This document shows positions 1 to 8,210 of a stretch of 28,227 nt of DNA, in pieces. This stretch comes from an uncultured Pseudomonadales bacterium (GTDB lineage: Bacteria; Patescibacteriota; Microgenomatia; UBA1400; PJMF01). The position numbers were made by a program, and so were the translations under genes. The stretch covers positions 1 through 28,227 of the forward strand of contig CAZULU010000003.1 in the NCBI GenBank assembly GCA_964621585.1, given 5' to 3'. Below the pieces are notes generated by a model that saw nothing but the letters and a program-made list of their open reading frames with translations, did not search any database and had not been told where the DNA came from. Position 1 is the first letter of the stretch; every line of letters begins with the position of its first letter.

Positions 1-478
1 AATCACATTTTTCCCATAAAGTTATTCTTTCTTGACATGTGTTCAGATCAGCAAGTTTTTGATTTAGTTCTCTTGCTCTTTTATCAATATCAATTGCATG
101 AACATTTGACTTAGGGAGCATTCTGGCAAGTCCAACGGCGTAATATCCTTCCGCTGCCCCAATGTCAATGATTGTTTCGGTTTTAGTGTTCATTACTTCG
201 TAAAACCATTTATGAAGAGGTTCTTCATATGTACCTACAATTTTGGGAAGAAGAGCACTTCCAGCTGAATAATCAAAATATTTCATTCCTGAAAAGGGAC
301 CATACAAAACTTTGGTCTTATTTTTAAAGTACCTTTCTAAAAGCTTTTGATCTTTTTGTTGTTTTGCCTTGTTCCTGATCTGTATTGCTTTATAAGAAGG
401 AGTATAGGAGTACAATCTTTGTAATGCCTTATAAATAATTGGGAAATTACTATAAAGGTAAGGTAAGTATCTATCCAT
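1..478 (-). CDS. SAM-dependent methyltransferase, partial (3' end runs off the left edge; not in the supplied ORF track)
   Basis: Hand translation from the ATG at 478, which lies 5 nt after the stop of the previous gene, stays open to the window edge: MDRYLPYLYSNFPIIYKALQRLYSY...GPFSGMKY...KIVGTYEEPLHKWF...TIIDIGAAEGYYAVGLARMLPKSNVHAIDID. It has class I MTase motif I (IIDIGAAEG) and an acidic end of beta2 (AIDID). Confidence 0.8.
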   Translation of the reverse strand, partial: MDRYLPYLYSNFPIIYKALQRLYSYTPSYKAIQIRNKAKQQKDQKLLERYFKNKTKVLYGPFSGMKYFDYSAGSALLPKIVGTYEEPLHKWFYEVMNTKTETIIDIGAAEGYYAVGLARMLPKSNVHAIDIDKRARELNQKLADLNTCQERITLWEKCD

Positions 479-483
479 GGCTA

Positions 484-1197
484 TTAGAACTTTCTAAGTG
501 AGTAAAAAATGTGGTATGGATAAAAGATTCGACTATCAACTTTAAGGATTTCAAGGTTAACAGACTTTAAAGTTTCGGCAAATTTCTTCTTAGAATAGCC
601 TTTTCTACCAAGCTCCCATCCATGACTTGAATGCATTCCTTGCCTTTTCAAGAAAAATAATGGAAAAGCAATATTAAAATATGTTGGTTGATTTTTCTGG
701 AGATTAAGAAAATCAAATATAAATTCTATTTTTTTAAAGTAAAAGAACTGAAAAGCTATTGAGAGATATAGGCAAGCATACGGTAATGATATAACAACAT
801 GCTTTCTGCTAACTCTTCTTAATTCACTTAATGCTTGTGGAACTTCACTATAATGTAAGTGCTCTAACACTTCAAAAGCGCATACTACGTCAAACGAATT
901 ATCAGGAAAAGGTAAACTAGTAATATCAGCAACTACATCTGGAGAAAGATCGGGATTGTTATCGACTGTTACGTACTCATACCCTCTCTTTTTCATTGCA
1001 AACTCAGTAACTCCGGTACCTTTTCCTATTTCTAAGAAAGATACACCATGAGTTTTTTCTAAGATGTTAACGTGATACCAATAATCAATCCATCTGTTTA
1101 AACTGTCGTAGGTTTTTGCCAGGCTTTTATCACTAGCTTTTGGTTGTTTTGGCCGATGTTTGTGAACTTTATTCAGAATTTGGATTGCTTTTTTCAT
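484..1197 (-). CDS. Class I SAM-dependent methyltransferase (Methyltransf_11-like), probably glycan-modifying
   Basis: Motifs [39 protein letters not shown] and ELRRVS. Overlaps the end of fcl by 29 nt. The glycan substrate is inferred from context only. Confidence 0.85.
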   Translation of the reverse strand: MKKAIQILNKVHKHRPKQPKASDKSLAKTYDSLNRWIDYWYHVNILEKTHGVSFLEIGKGTGVTEFAMKKRGYEYVTVDNNPDLSPDVVADITSLPFPDNSFDVVCAFEVLEHLHYSEVPQALSELRRVSRKHVVISLPYACLYLSIAFQFFYFKKIEFIFDFLNLQKNQPTYFNIAFPLFFLKRQGMHSSHGWELGRKGYSKKKFAETLKSVNLEILKVDSRIFYPYHIFYSLRKF

Positions 1198-2137
1198 ACC
1201 ACTCCACTGTTTTCTTTAATCCTTCAGCAAAACTCGTCTTCGACTCAAAGCCAAACTCTTCTTTGGCTCTACTGACATCAAGTTTGCGGCGAGGTTGGCC
1301 GTCGGGTTTACTTGTATCAAAGGTAATAGTCCCTTCATAGCCAACTACCTTCGCCACCGTTTCGGCTAGTTCTCGGATACTGATTTCAAAACTTGAGCCC
1401 AAATTGATGGGTTCTGCCCCATCATAGCGCTCTGCTGCCAATACGATCGCTTCTGCAGCATCCTCGACATACAAAAACTCCCGGGTAGGCTTGCCCGTGC
1501 CCCAGACTGTCACTGAAGAAAGTCCTTGTTTTTTGGCTTCCACAAACTTACGAATCAACGCTGGAATGACGTGGGATGAGTCAGGATCAAAGTTATCCTT
1601 CGGACCATAGAGATTTACAGGCAACAGATAAATCGAGTTAAAATCATATTGTTGACGATATGCTTGGCCTTGCACCAACATCATTTTCTTTGCTAAGCCA
1701 TAGGGAGCATTGGTTTCTTCTGGATAGCCATTCCACAACTCATCTTCATGAAATGGGACAGGAGTAAACTTAGGATAGGCACAGATAGTGCCGATAGCCA
1801 CAAATTTACTGACACCTGCTTTACGAGCTTCTTCCATCAGGTGAACACCCATCAGTAAGTTGTCATAGAACAACTCGCCGGGATGCTCCTGGTTGTACCC
1901 TATACCACCCACATTTGCAGCCAGATGGATTACCACATCTATATCCTTCACTACTTCTGCACATACTTCCTGTTGACGAAGATCATGGGTTGATGAGCGA
2001 GGAATACGCAACTCCGTCAGCTCAAATTGTTGGAGTATCTCCACAATATGAGAGCCCAAGAAACCGGCGCCTCCTGTCAACAATACCCGTTTACCTCGCC
2101 AAAAAGTGGGATCATGAAGTTCATTGAGACTTTGCAT
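1169..2137 (-). CDS. fcl: GDP-L-fucose synthase (GDP-4-keto-6-deoxymannose epimerase/reductase)
   Basis: TGGAGFLG Rossmann motif; [12 protein letters not shown]; GTICAYPK; [12 protein letters not shown] (YxxxK); [12 protein letters not shown]; [15 protein letters not shown]; [11 protein letters not shown]. These are the hallmarks of the Fcl/WcaG family. Confidence 0.9.
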   Translation of the reverse strand: MQSLNELHDPTFWRGKRVLLTGGAGFLGSHIVEILQQFELTELRIPRSSTHDLRQQEVCAEVVKDIDVVIHLAANVGGIGYNQEHPGELFYDNLLMGVHLMEEARKAGVSKFVAIGTICAYPKFTPVPFHEDELWNGYPEETNAPYGLAKKMMLVQGQAYRQQYDFNSIYLLPVNLYGPKDNFDPDSSHVIPALIRKFVEAKKQGLSSVTVWGTGKPTREFLYVEDAAEAIVLAAERYDGAEPINLGSSFEISIRELAETVAKVVGYEGTITFDTSKPDGQPRRKLDVSRAKEEFGFESKTSFAEGLKKTVEWYEKSNPNSE

Positions 2138-2142
2138 AATGA

Positions 2143-2415
2143 TTATTCTCCCTTAGAAAAAGTTGCAGCATCAATTCCATCAGGCCCGCTTAACGGGGTG
2201 TTCTTAGTGGTTTCTCCAGTACCTCCATCCAGTAGTTCAGCCTCACGAAGGGTCTGATAGTCTCTGGCAACAAACACCGCACGAAAAACATCTTGATCAC
2301 TTATTCTGTGCTTTTCAGCTAACCGACTAATTTCTGACAAATTGGGATGATCGAAGGATCCTACTGATTCGGTAATATCACGCACAAGATTTTTGTATTG
2401 TTCTTCGGAGAGCAT
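2143..2415 (-). CDS. Hypothetical protein, 90 aa
   Basis: Fills the space between two genes exactly (13 nt and 5 nt gaps), co-oriented, ATG start with AGGTG 7 nt upstream. No motif recognised. Confidence 0.6.
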   Translation of the reverse strand: MLSEEQYKNLVRDITESVGSFDHPNLSEISRLAEKHRISDQDVFRAVFVARDYQTLREAELLDGGTGETTKNTPLSGPDGIDAATFSKGE

Positions 2416-2428
2416 AGTGGGGCACCTA

Positions 2429-3277
2429 TTATTTAATTAATCCGTACACAAATTGTATCAATCTGTTGTGTAGAGAGTGTAAACCAATCAGAACAGGATT
2501 GGAAGTATAACGCTGAGCAACTTGAAGCTCTTCTTGAAATTGTTTGGTAAACTGCGAACCACCTTTGGACAAGCCATGAATTCGAAATGCTGCTAATGGT
2601 TGTGCGAGAAGGATTGGCTCACCAGCAGTTTTTCTGAGGCGTAGCCAGTACTCGTAATCCATCGTGTAGCGAAGGGCTGTATTAAACAAACCAATCTGTT
2701 GGATAGCTTCCCATTTAATGAATGTCGCTGGTTGGGGATACGGATTGAGGATAAACAGAATCCAAGACGGAAAGATTGTGCGAAAAAACTGCTTATACCA
2801 ACGAACTGGTCGCTGGATTTCTTTGTTGTGCTCATCGATGATCACTGCGTCCCCGACTACCCATTGTTTGTCTGGGTTCTGTTGAAACGCCTCAACTACT
2901 TTTGTAAAAGCATCCGGTAGATAGTAATCATCAGAATTGATATACGCAAAGACTTCTAAAATGTCATCCTCGCGAAGGCGGGGATCCATATTGGGAAGTG
3001 AATCAGGCATGGATTCCTGCCTTCGCAGGAATGACGAGAGTCCTTTATTTATTGCATCAGTTTGACCTTTATCCTTTTCTGACTTCCACCGTACCTCTTT
3101 TCCATATGTCCTAAGGATCTCCACACTCTCGTCAGTCGATTTGGCGTCCATCACCACATATTGCACCTCAATCTGCCTAGAATGTTGTGCGAGAACCGAA
3201 TCAATTGTTTGTTTCAAAAACTGAGCCTGGTTAAAGGAAGGAGTGACAATATAGAAGATTGCAGTAGGTTGTGACAT
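2429..3277 (-). CDS. Glycosyltransferase family 2 (WfgS/WcaE-like), carrying an in-frame REP-like insertion
   Basis: IVTPSFNQAQFL, VMDAKSTD, DKGQTDAINKG, AYINSDD, PQPATF, YTMDYEYWLR, AAFRIHGLSK. Confidence 0.9.
   Translation of the reverse strand: MSQPTAIFYIVTPSFNQAQFLKQTIDSVLAQHSRQIEVQYVVMDAKSTDESVEILRTYGKEVRWKSEKDKGQTDAINKGLSSFLRRQESMPDSLPNMDPRLREDDILEVFAYINSDDYYLPDAFTKVVEAFQQNPDKQWVVGDAVIIDEHNKEIQRPVRWYKQFFRTIFPSWILFILNPYPQPATFIKWEAIQQIGLFNTALRYTMDYEYWLRLRKTAGEPILLAQPLAAFRIHGLSKGGSQFTKQFQEELQVAQRYTSNPVLIGLHSLHNRLIQFVYGLIK
2962..3036. repeat. Inverted doublet of CGTC-type REP-like palindromes (REPIN/RPE-like), in frame within the GT2 gene
   Basis: Left arm 2963-2989 GTCATCCTCGCGAAGGCGGGGATCCAT matches the reverse complement of right arm 3009-3035 (GTCATTCCTGCGAAGGCAGGAATCCAT) at 22/27 positions, with a 19-nt spacer. 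Each arm is itself an 8-bp hairpin with a GAAG loop. The outer tags are TGTC and CGTC, and the tag-to-tag length is 75 nt. Confidence 0.85.
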
Positions 3278-3280
3278 GGC

Positions 3281-3619
3281 TTATTTTCCAGTAGATCTAG
3301 CGTCATCAATAGCCTGTTTGCGCACCGTCCGTTCGAGCTTCTTTTCTAGTTTTTTGATGCTGATCCGATTAAAGATAGTAATGGTTCCTAAGATCATAAA
3401 CGCCAAAATAACGATAGCATCAAACACTCGACCAATATGCAGCACTTCAGCCACATAGGACATCGTTTGAGGAAATATTGATAAAAATATAAAGCCAATC
3501 CAAATAGCAATCCATGCACCATACTCGAAACTGTCAAACACGTCTTTGTTTCGATGTATCCGAATAACATACATCATGAAAATGGCAAATAAAATCGTGA
3601 AAATTTGAAAAAGTATCAT
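3281..3619 (-). CDS. Small membrane protein, DUF2304-like (3 predicted TM segments plus C-terminal helix)
   Basis: Family-like pattern WIAIWIGFIFLSIFPQ...AEVLHIGRVFD...KKLEKKLERTVRKQAI. Start moved from 3634 to the ATG at 3619, which makes an ATGA overlap with the upstream GT2 stop and has GGAGG upstream. Confidence 0.8.
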   Translation of the reverse strand: MILFQIFTILFAIFMMYVIRIHRNKDVFDSFEYGAWIAIWIGFIFLSIFPQTMSYVAEVLHIGRVFDAIVILAFMILGTITIFNRISIKKLEKKLERTVRKQAIDDARSTGK

Positions 3620-4308
3620 AAACCTATCCTCCATTGTAGCAGTGAAAGCAAAATCTTAAGAGCTTCAATGCCATTCATACCTTTTTCTGTATCGTGATAA
3701 ATTGTTTCAATTTCTAGCACTTTATACGGAATCTTGGCTTTGGCAACTTTGGCGGCAATTTCTGTTTCTACTTCATATCCCAGCGAAGTCCAACGAACTG
3801 CTTGATACGCTTTTTTTGTAAGCCCTTTATAGCCAGAAGGGATATCCGGAACATACGAACCATACAGTACGTTAATCAAGACTGAAATACTCTTGTTGCC
3901 TAGAAAACGCAAAATCGGCATGCTCGCGGATGAAAACTTTCTGACTCCAAAAACAACCTCATTCCCTTCTGCAAAGGCTTTCACAAAGCGCTGGATTTCT
4001 TTGGGATCGTGCTGATCATCACTGTCCATAAAAATAACAGCACCTGCCTGAAGTTGTTTAAAAGCATACTCACACCCTGTTTTTAAGGCTGCTCCTTTAC
4101 CAAGGTTAATTTGATGTATAAGTACATGTTTAAGGTACTTATGAGCAATGGTTGAGGTCTTATCCGTTGAACCATCATCCACAAATACGACATTTGGTGT
4201 GAACTGTAGAACTTTTTTTAAAACAGATGCTAAGTATTTTTCTTCATTTAAACCAGGAATGATAACCCACACATCTTTTGCTGAGATGGTTTTAGTTGGT
4301 GTTGTCAT
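3616..4308 (-). CDS. GT2, polyprenyl-phosphate sugar synthase-like (DPM/DPG-synthase-like)
   Basis: VIIPGLNEE, VDDGSTDKT, NLGKGAALKTG, FMDSDDQHDP, VVFGVR, DIPSGYK, YEVETE. Confidence 0.85.
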   Translation of the reverse strand: MTTPTKTISAKDVWVIIPGLNEEKYLASVLKKVLQFTPNVVFVDDGSTDKTSTIAHKYLKHVLIHQINLGKGAALKTGCEYAFKQLQAGAVIFMDSDDQHDPKEIQRFVKAFAEGNEVVFGVRKFSSASMPILRFLGNKSISVLINVLYGSYVPDIPSGYKGLTKKAYQAVRWTSLGYEVETEIAAKVAKAKIPYKVLEIETIYHDTEKGMNGIEALKILLSLLQWRIGL

Positions 4309-5224
4309 GTTTTTTCCAATACTCTACAAAGTACTCCACAACTTCCTTAACACCATCTTCTAGCTGCACATGCGCTCGCCACCCCAGCTGTTCACGAGCT
4401 TTTGAGGCATCTGCGTACAATAATAGTGGATCTCCAGGGCGGGCAGGAAAATGTGTTACTTTGGCTGATTTTGCCATCGCTTTCTCGATTGCGTGGACGA
4501 TGTCGAGAGTGGAACTTGGCTGTTCCGTTGACAGATTGAAGTAGTGGTACTTCTCTGGTTCTCGATGACAGAGTTCAAGTGCTTTGAGATGAGCATCAAC
4601 AATGTCTCGTACATGAATGTAATCACGTTTATGCTCACCACTGCCCCATACGGTAACCTCTTGATCATTATAAATTTGTTCGATAAAACGAGGCATTGCA
4701 TGAGACTCAGGCTCATGATGTTCTTCAGGGCCATATAAGTTGAAATATCGAAGTCCGACCCCGGTCATGTTATGTGAAGCCACATAAGAATTAATCAACC
4801 CTTCCATGGCGAGTTTGGTCATACCGTATGGATTAATGGGCAAGGTTCGATCATCTTCTTGAATGGGCACTCGTTGAGGCTCACCATACACAGCTGCGCT
4901 TGAAGAGAAGATAATAGTACCAATGCCGTTGGTTTTCATTGCTTCCAAGATGTTTACTGTAGCTGACACATTAGAATCTATGAATTTTTGTGGAAATTTG
5001 ACTGATTCTCCAGCCTCAATCAAAGCTGCCAAATGAAAGACCACATCAGCATCCGTAATTTCTCTATTCATTGCTTCTAGATCACGAATGTCTGCAATGC
5101 TGGTGGGAAACTCAGGATTTTCTCTCAGATCGATGACTTTTACATCATATTGCGCGTGGTGTAATGCTCGACAGAGATGTTTGCCAAGAAATCCTGCTCC
5201 TCCAGTGACGATCGCTTTTGCCAT
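4292..5224 (-). CDS. galE: NAD-dependent UDP-sugar 4-epimerase, GalE family
   Basis: TGGAGFLG; HLAALIEAGESV; FSSSAAVYGEP; PINPYGMTK (YxxxK); LRYFN; HEPESH; RPGDP. Start moved from 5236 to the ATG at 5224, with GAGGT 6 nt upstream. Substrate (Glc or GlcNAc) cannot be determined here. Confidence 0.75.
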   Translation of the reverse strand: MAKAIVTGGAGFLGKHLCRALHHAQYDVKVIDLRENPEFPTSIADIRDLEAMNREITDADVVFHLAALIEAGESVKFPQKFIDSNVSATVNILEAMKTNGIGTIIFSSSAAVYGEPQRVPIQEDDRTLPINPYGMTKLAMEGLINSYVASHNMTGVGLRYFNLYGPEEHHEPESHAMPRFIEQIYNDQEVTVWGSGEHKRDYIHVRDIVDAHLKALELCHREPEKYHYFNLSTEQPSSTLDIVHAIEKAMAKSAKVTHFPARPGDPLLLYADASKAREQLGWRAHVQLEDGVKEVVEYFVEYWKKHDNTN

Positions 5225-5246
5225 ACAACACCTCATTTCTACTTGA

Positions 5247-6449
5247 TTATGAAATCCAGTATCCTTGAATAAATAGCATAATATTCACGATTAGTACTAT
5301 ACCGGATATTCCCAGGTAAGTATAGAATACCGGTTTTTTTTCGAACAATTGTGGAATGATGAAAAAGATTGGGAAGCAGACGAGCACGTATCTAGGCATG
5401 CTGGAGAATGTGCCCGTCAATGTAGGTAACAAAAACGCGGCAAAACTAAAGACTAATTCAGACACTTTTATTTTTAGTGAACGTTTGACGACTCCAACAC
5501 CAAGCAACACTAATACACCAATAGTCAAAAATAAATCTTGGACATACGAGAAGTATTTCCAATCAATCGGTCGAACTGTCAGTAAAATTTTGAGATATCG
5601 ATACATAACCTGAGGTAAAGTTACGATAGACTCTGATCGATTTGCGCCAAATTCAGACTGCACATGGAAAAAATAGAGCGGATCTTTAAAATCAATCCAT
5701 AGAAAAAGCATATAGAGAGAGAGTCCCGTCACACCTACGCTAATCCCGAGCAGCGCACGCCAACTCTTTCGGATAAAGGTAATAATAATTCGCAACACTT
5801 CGTTGATTGGCGTTGATCGCGTTATTTGGTATTGCTGGAAAAACAAATCAACAGCAAGCGCTGGTACCAAGAAAACACCAACTAAGCGAGTTGCAGAAGC
5901 AATTGCCACGCAGCACCCCGCCCAAAACCACCTCTTATTGCGAGCAAGTAAAAATGACAAGATTACCAGAAAAAGAAACAACGATTCTGTGTAGATACCT
6001 ACTAAGAAAAATGATGTGGGATACAGTAAAAAGGTAAGTACTGACTTCCACGCTATCTTTTGATTGAAACGCTGAGCCACATATTGAAAGAAAACGACAA
6101 TAAACAGTATGAAAAACAGATGAGAAATGATAAGACCAGTTGTTACATACGTGAAGCCTGTGGCAGCCTGGATCAAACGCATTAATAATGGATATACCGG
6201 GAAAAATGCCTGAGACAAACCCGCAAAATTGTATCCTTCCTGCGCAATCGTTATATAGTGGACCCCATCAAAATTACCCCAACTGTACAGCCACTGTGGC
6301 AACTGAGTCGAGTGTAAAAAGCCTTCAGCATACGGGAAAGAGGGAGCATATTCAAAAAAAAATTGAGAAGACTTACCAATAAAAAACAGCGCACATCGCC
6401 AGATAACTAACAAAATAATCAACTGTAGAAGTGTGCGTTTTGCTATCAT
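5247..6449 (-). CDS. GT-C-fold membrane glycosyltransferase, PIG-V-like mannosyltransferase family
   Basis: Polytopic hydrophobic pattern; WGNFDGVHYITIAQEGY, AFFPVYPLL, YTESLFL, ASATRLVG, SMPRYVLVCFP. Start is the ATG at 6449 or the GTG at 6455. Confidence 0.8.
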   Translation of the reverse strand: MIAKRTLLQLIILLVIWRCALFFIGKSSQFFFEYAPSFPYAEGFLHSTQLPQWLYSWGNFDGVHYITIAQEGYNFAGLSQAFFPVYPLLMRLIQAATGFTYVTTGLIISHLFFILFIVVFFQYVAQRFNQKIAWKSVLTFLLYPTSFFLVGIYTESLFLFLVILSFLLARNKRWFWAGCCVAIASATRLVGVFLVPALAVDLFFQQYQITRSTPINEVLRIIITFIRKSWRALLGISVGVTGLSLYMLFLWIDFKDPLYFFHVQSEFGANRSESIVTLPQVMYRYLKILLTVRPIDWKYFSYVQDLFLTIGVLVLLGVGVVKRSLKIKVSELVFSFAAFLLPTLTGTFSSMPRYVLVCFPIFFIIPQLFEKKPVFYTYLGISGIVLIVNIMLFIQGYWIS

Positions 6450-6459
6450 GAGCACTTCT

Positions 6460-6467
6460 ATTGTACA
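6460..6467 (-). promoter_or_regulatory. Putative -10 element (TGTACAAT)
   Basis: TACAAT hexamer ends 10 nt before the ATG at 6449, in a 46-nt intergenic gap. The same 8-mer occurs at 20734 and 28183. No -35 box at 17-nt spacing. Confidence 0.4.
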
Positions 6468-6495
6468 ACTGAAATGTCATTTTTTTGAAGGTGTG

Positions 6496-7116
6496 TTATT
6501 GGTGGTGTTGTAGGAGGAGGAGCTGTAAGCGTCGTATTTGATTCTCATTACTAAAATATGACTCTACCCAGTACATTTCTTCGAGTGTTTTGTGATAGAT
6601 TGCGGTATCCTTCTTCTCTACTTCTCCCAATTTTTTATTCAGTCTTTTGAACGCACGTTTTGCTAACCGTTGAATTTGGTCAACAAGTTCTTCAAACACA
6701 ATCAACTGATGGTAGGCATGTTGATACCGCTGTTCTATCCGTTCATCATCGCCAATATATGGCATAAACTGTGGCCATGCACTCTGACTTTGCTCATATT
6801 CCCTTTTTTGTTTTTCAAATACTTCTTTTGCTTTCTTAAGTTCTTGTTCCGCATCAATCAATACTTTGACAATACTTACTGCTACACAATAATTTAATAC
6901 ACAATCAGCAATAGATGGATGCATAAACTGTTTTTGAAAAATACTTACAATCATACTATTCTCTAGTGCCGTAACAGGGACTTCAAAATCATCGTCTTCT
7001 AAGAGAAAATCATCTTTGAGCGAATACAGCTGGGACAAAAAAGAAGTAAAAAGAACTGGGACATGTGAAGTTTGCCCCAACTTATAGAGTTGAGAAAAAG
7101 AAGTGTACTGTTTCAT
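6496..7116 (-). CDS. Hypothetical soluble helical/coiled-coil protein, about 206 aa
   Basis: Long co-oriented ORF filling the gap. Start moved from 7194, which overlaps the upstream gene, to the ATG at 7116 (MKQYTSF). Charged amphipathic run EQELKKAKEVFEKQKREYEQ; no TM segment or motif recognised. Confidence 0.7.
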   Translation of the reverse strand: MKQYTSFSQLYKLGQTSHVPVLFTSFLSQLYSLKDDFLLEDDDFEVPVTALENSMIVSIFQKQFMHPSIADCVLNYCVAVSIVKVLIDAEQELKKAKEVFEKQKREYEQSQSAWPQFMPYIGDDERIEQRYQHAYHQLIVFEELVDQIQRLAKRAFKRLNKKLGEVEKKDTAIYHKTLEEMYWVESYFSNENQIRRLQLLLLQHHQ

Positions 7117-7145
7117 ATTCAGAACACTTTTTAATCTTAGTCTGT

Positions 7146-8201
7146 CTAGAGAGATTTGTATACAGTGAGGGTATCTTGTGCAGTCTTTTGCCAACTAAAT
7201 TGTGACAGATGCGTATCGATTTTCTTTTGCCATGTGCTGTTGTTAAACAAATGCTGGTTATTGATTACATGTTGGACAGCTTGACTAAGTGATTGGGCAT
7301 CTGTGGCGGCATACTCAACCACATTTCCTCCCACTTCACTCAATGAAGAATTTTTCGTGCACACCACTGGTGTGTAGCACTGAAGGGCTTCTAAAACTGG
7401 CAATCCAAAACCTTCGTAAAGTGACGGTTGAACATAGCAGATAGCCTGAGAATATAGCGCCGATAAATCAGCAGTTGCTTCTGTCCCTAAGTTCGCTATG
7501 AAATGGATTCGGTCTGCAAGGTTATGCGTAATAACAGCTTGGTGAATACTGTGCCACTCAGGTATATCATGCGGATAAAAATTCTTACCAACACAGACAA
7601 GATGTACATCTTCGTCTATAAAACGGAGTGCTTCTACTAATTGCGGGATATTCTTGTTGTAGTTGATATCCCCAACATACAGTATATACGTTGAAGGCAA
7701 CTCATATTTTTGAACAACTTTTTGTAATACTTTCTCTTCTGATACTTGCTGAATTTGAGGATTGCCAGCTAAATAGACCACATGTACTTTAGAAGCTGGC
7801 ACACCCAGCAAGCGAACAATATCTTTTTTGGAAGCATTGGAATCAGTAATGACGGCATCTACTTTAGCTAATGATCGCTTTTGCAACCAAAAGTTGATTT
7901 TGCCTTTGATGCCTACTGGATATTTATCAGGATACAACAAGGGAATAACATCATGAATAGTAACCACAGCCTTACTATTCTGAAAGTTTGAATACTGAAG
8001 GGTATGAAAAAAAAGATCAAAAAAAGGGTAATGAATAATATCTGACACGTCTTTCGTTTCAGCTTCTTGGTGAGTGCTTACCAACTGAAAACTATCAGTT
8101 TCCAATCTGTGAAGTTCTTGAGCCAGAAATCGTGTATAGGCCCCGACTCCACGGATCGCGTTGGCGTTTTGTAATGGTGTTGTATCTAGGAGTACTTTCA
8201 T
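7146..8201 (-). CDS. Glycosyltransferase family 4 (GT-B, MtfB-like)
   Basis: GVGAYT, VVTIHDVIPL, VITDSNASKKDI, ILYVGDINYNKN, QPSLYEGFGLPVLEA, SSLSEVGG, FSWQKTA. Confidence 0.9.
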   Translation of the reverse strand: MKVLLDTTPLQNANAIRGVGAYTRFLAQELHRLETDSFQLVSTHQEAETKDVSDIIHYPFFDLFFHTLQYSNFQNSKAVVTIHDVIPLLYPDKYPVGIKGKINFWLQKRSLAKVDAVITDSNASKKDIVRLLGVPASKVHVVYLAGNPQIQQVSEEKVLQKVVQKYELPSTYILYVGDINYNKNIPQLVEALRFIDEDVHLVCVGKNFYPHDIPEWHSIHQAVITHNLADRIHFIANLGTEATADLSALYSQAICYVQPSLYEGFGLPVLEALQCYTPVVCTKNSSLSEVGGNVVEYAATDAQSLSQAVQHVINNQHLFNNSTWQKKIDTHLSQFSWQKTAQDTLTVYKSL

Positions 8202-8210
8202 GAAAATGAA

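Noticed and set aside
1559-1571. CGTCATTCCAGCG on the minus strand, resembling the start of the CGTC-REP
   Set aside because: It encodes the conserved HVIPA motif of Fcl, has no second stem arm and adds no length.
5278-5296. Near-repeat ATAATATTCACGATTAGTA versus ATAATATCACGAATTAGTA at 17709-17727
   Set aside because: It needs two indels, is AT-rich, and one copy is in coding sequence. Chance similarity is likely and there is no third copy.
6474-6480. TGACA-like word upstream of the 6460 -10 element as a possible -35 box
   Set aside because: It is only about 9 nt from the -10 hexamer, far from the 16-18 nt required.
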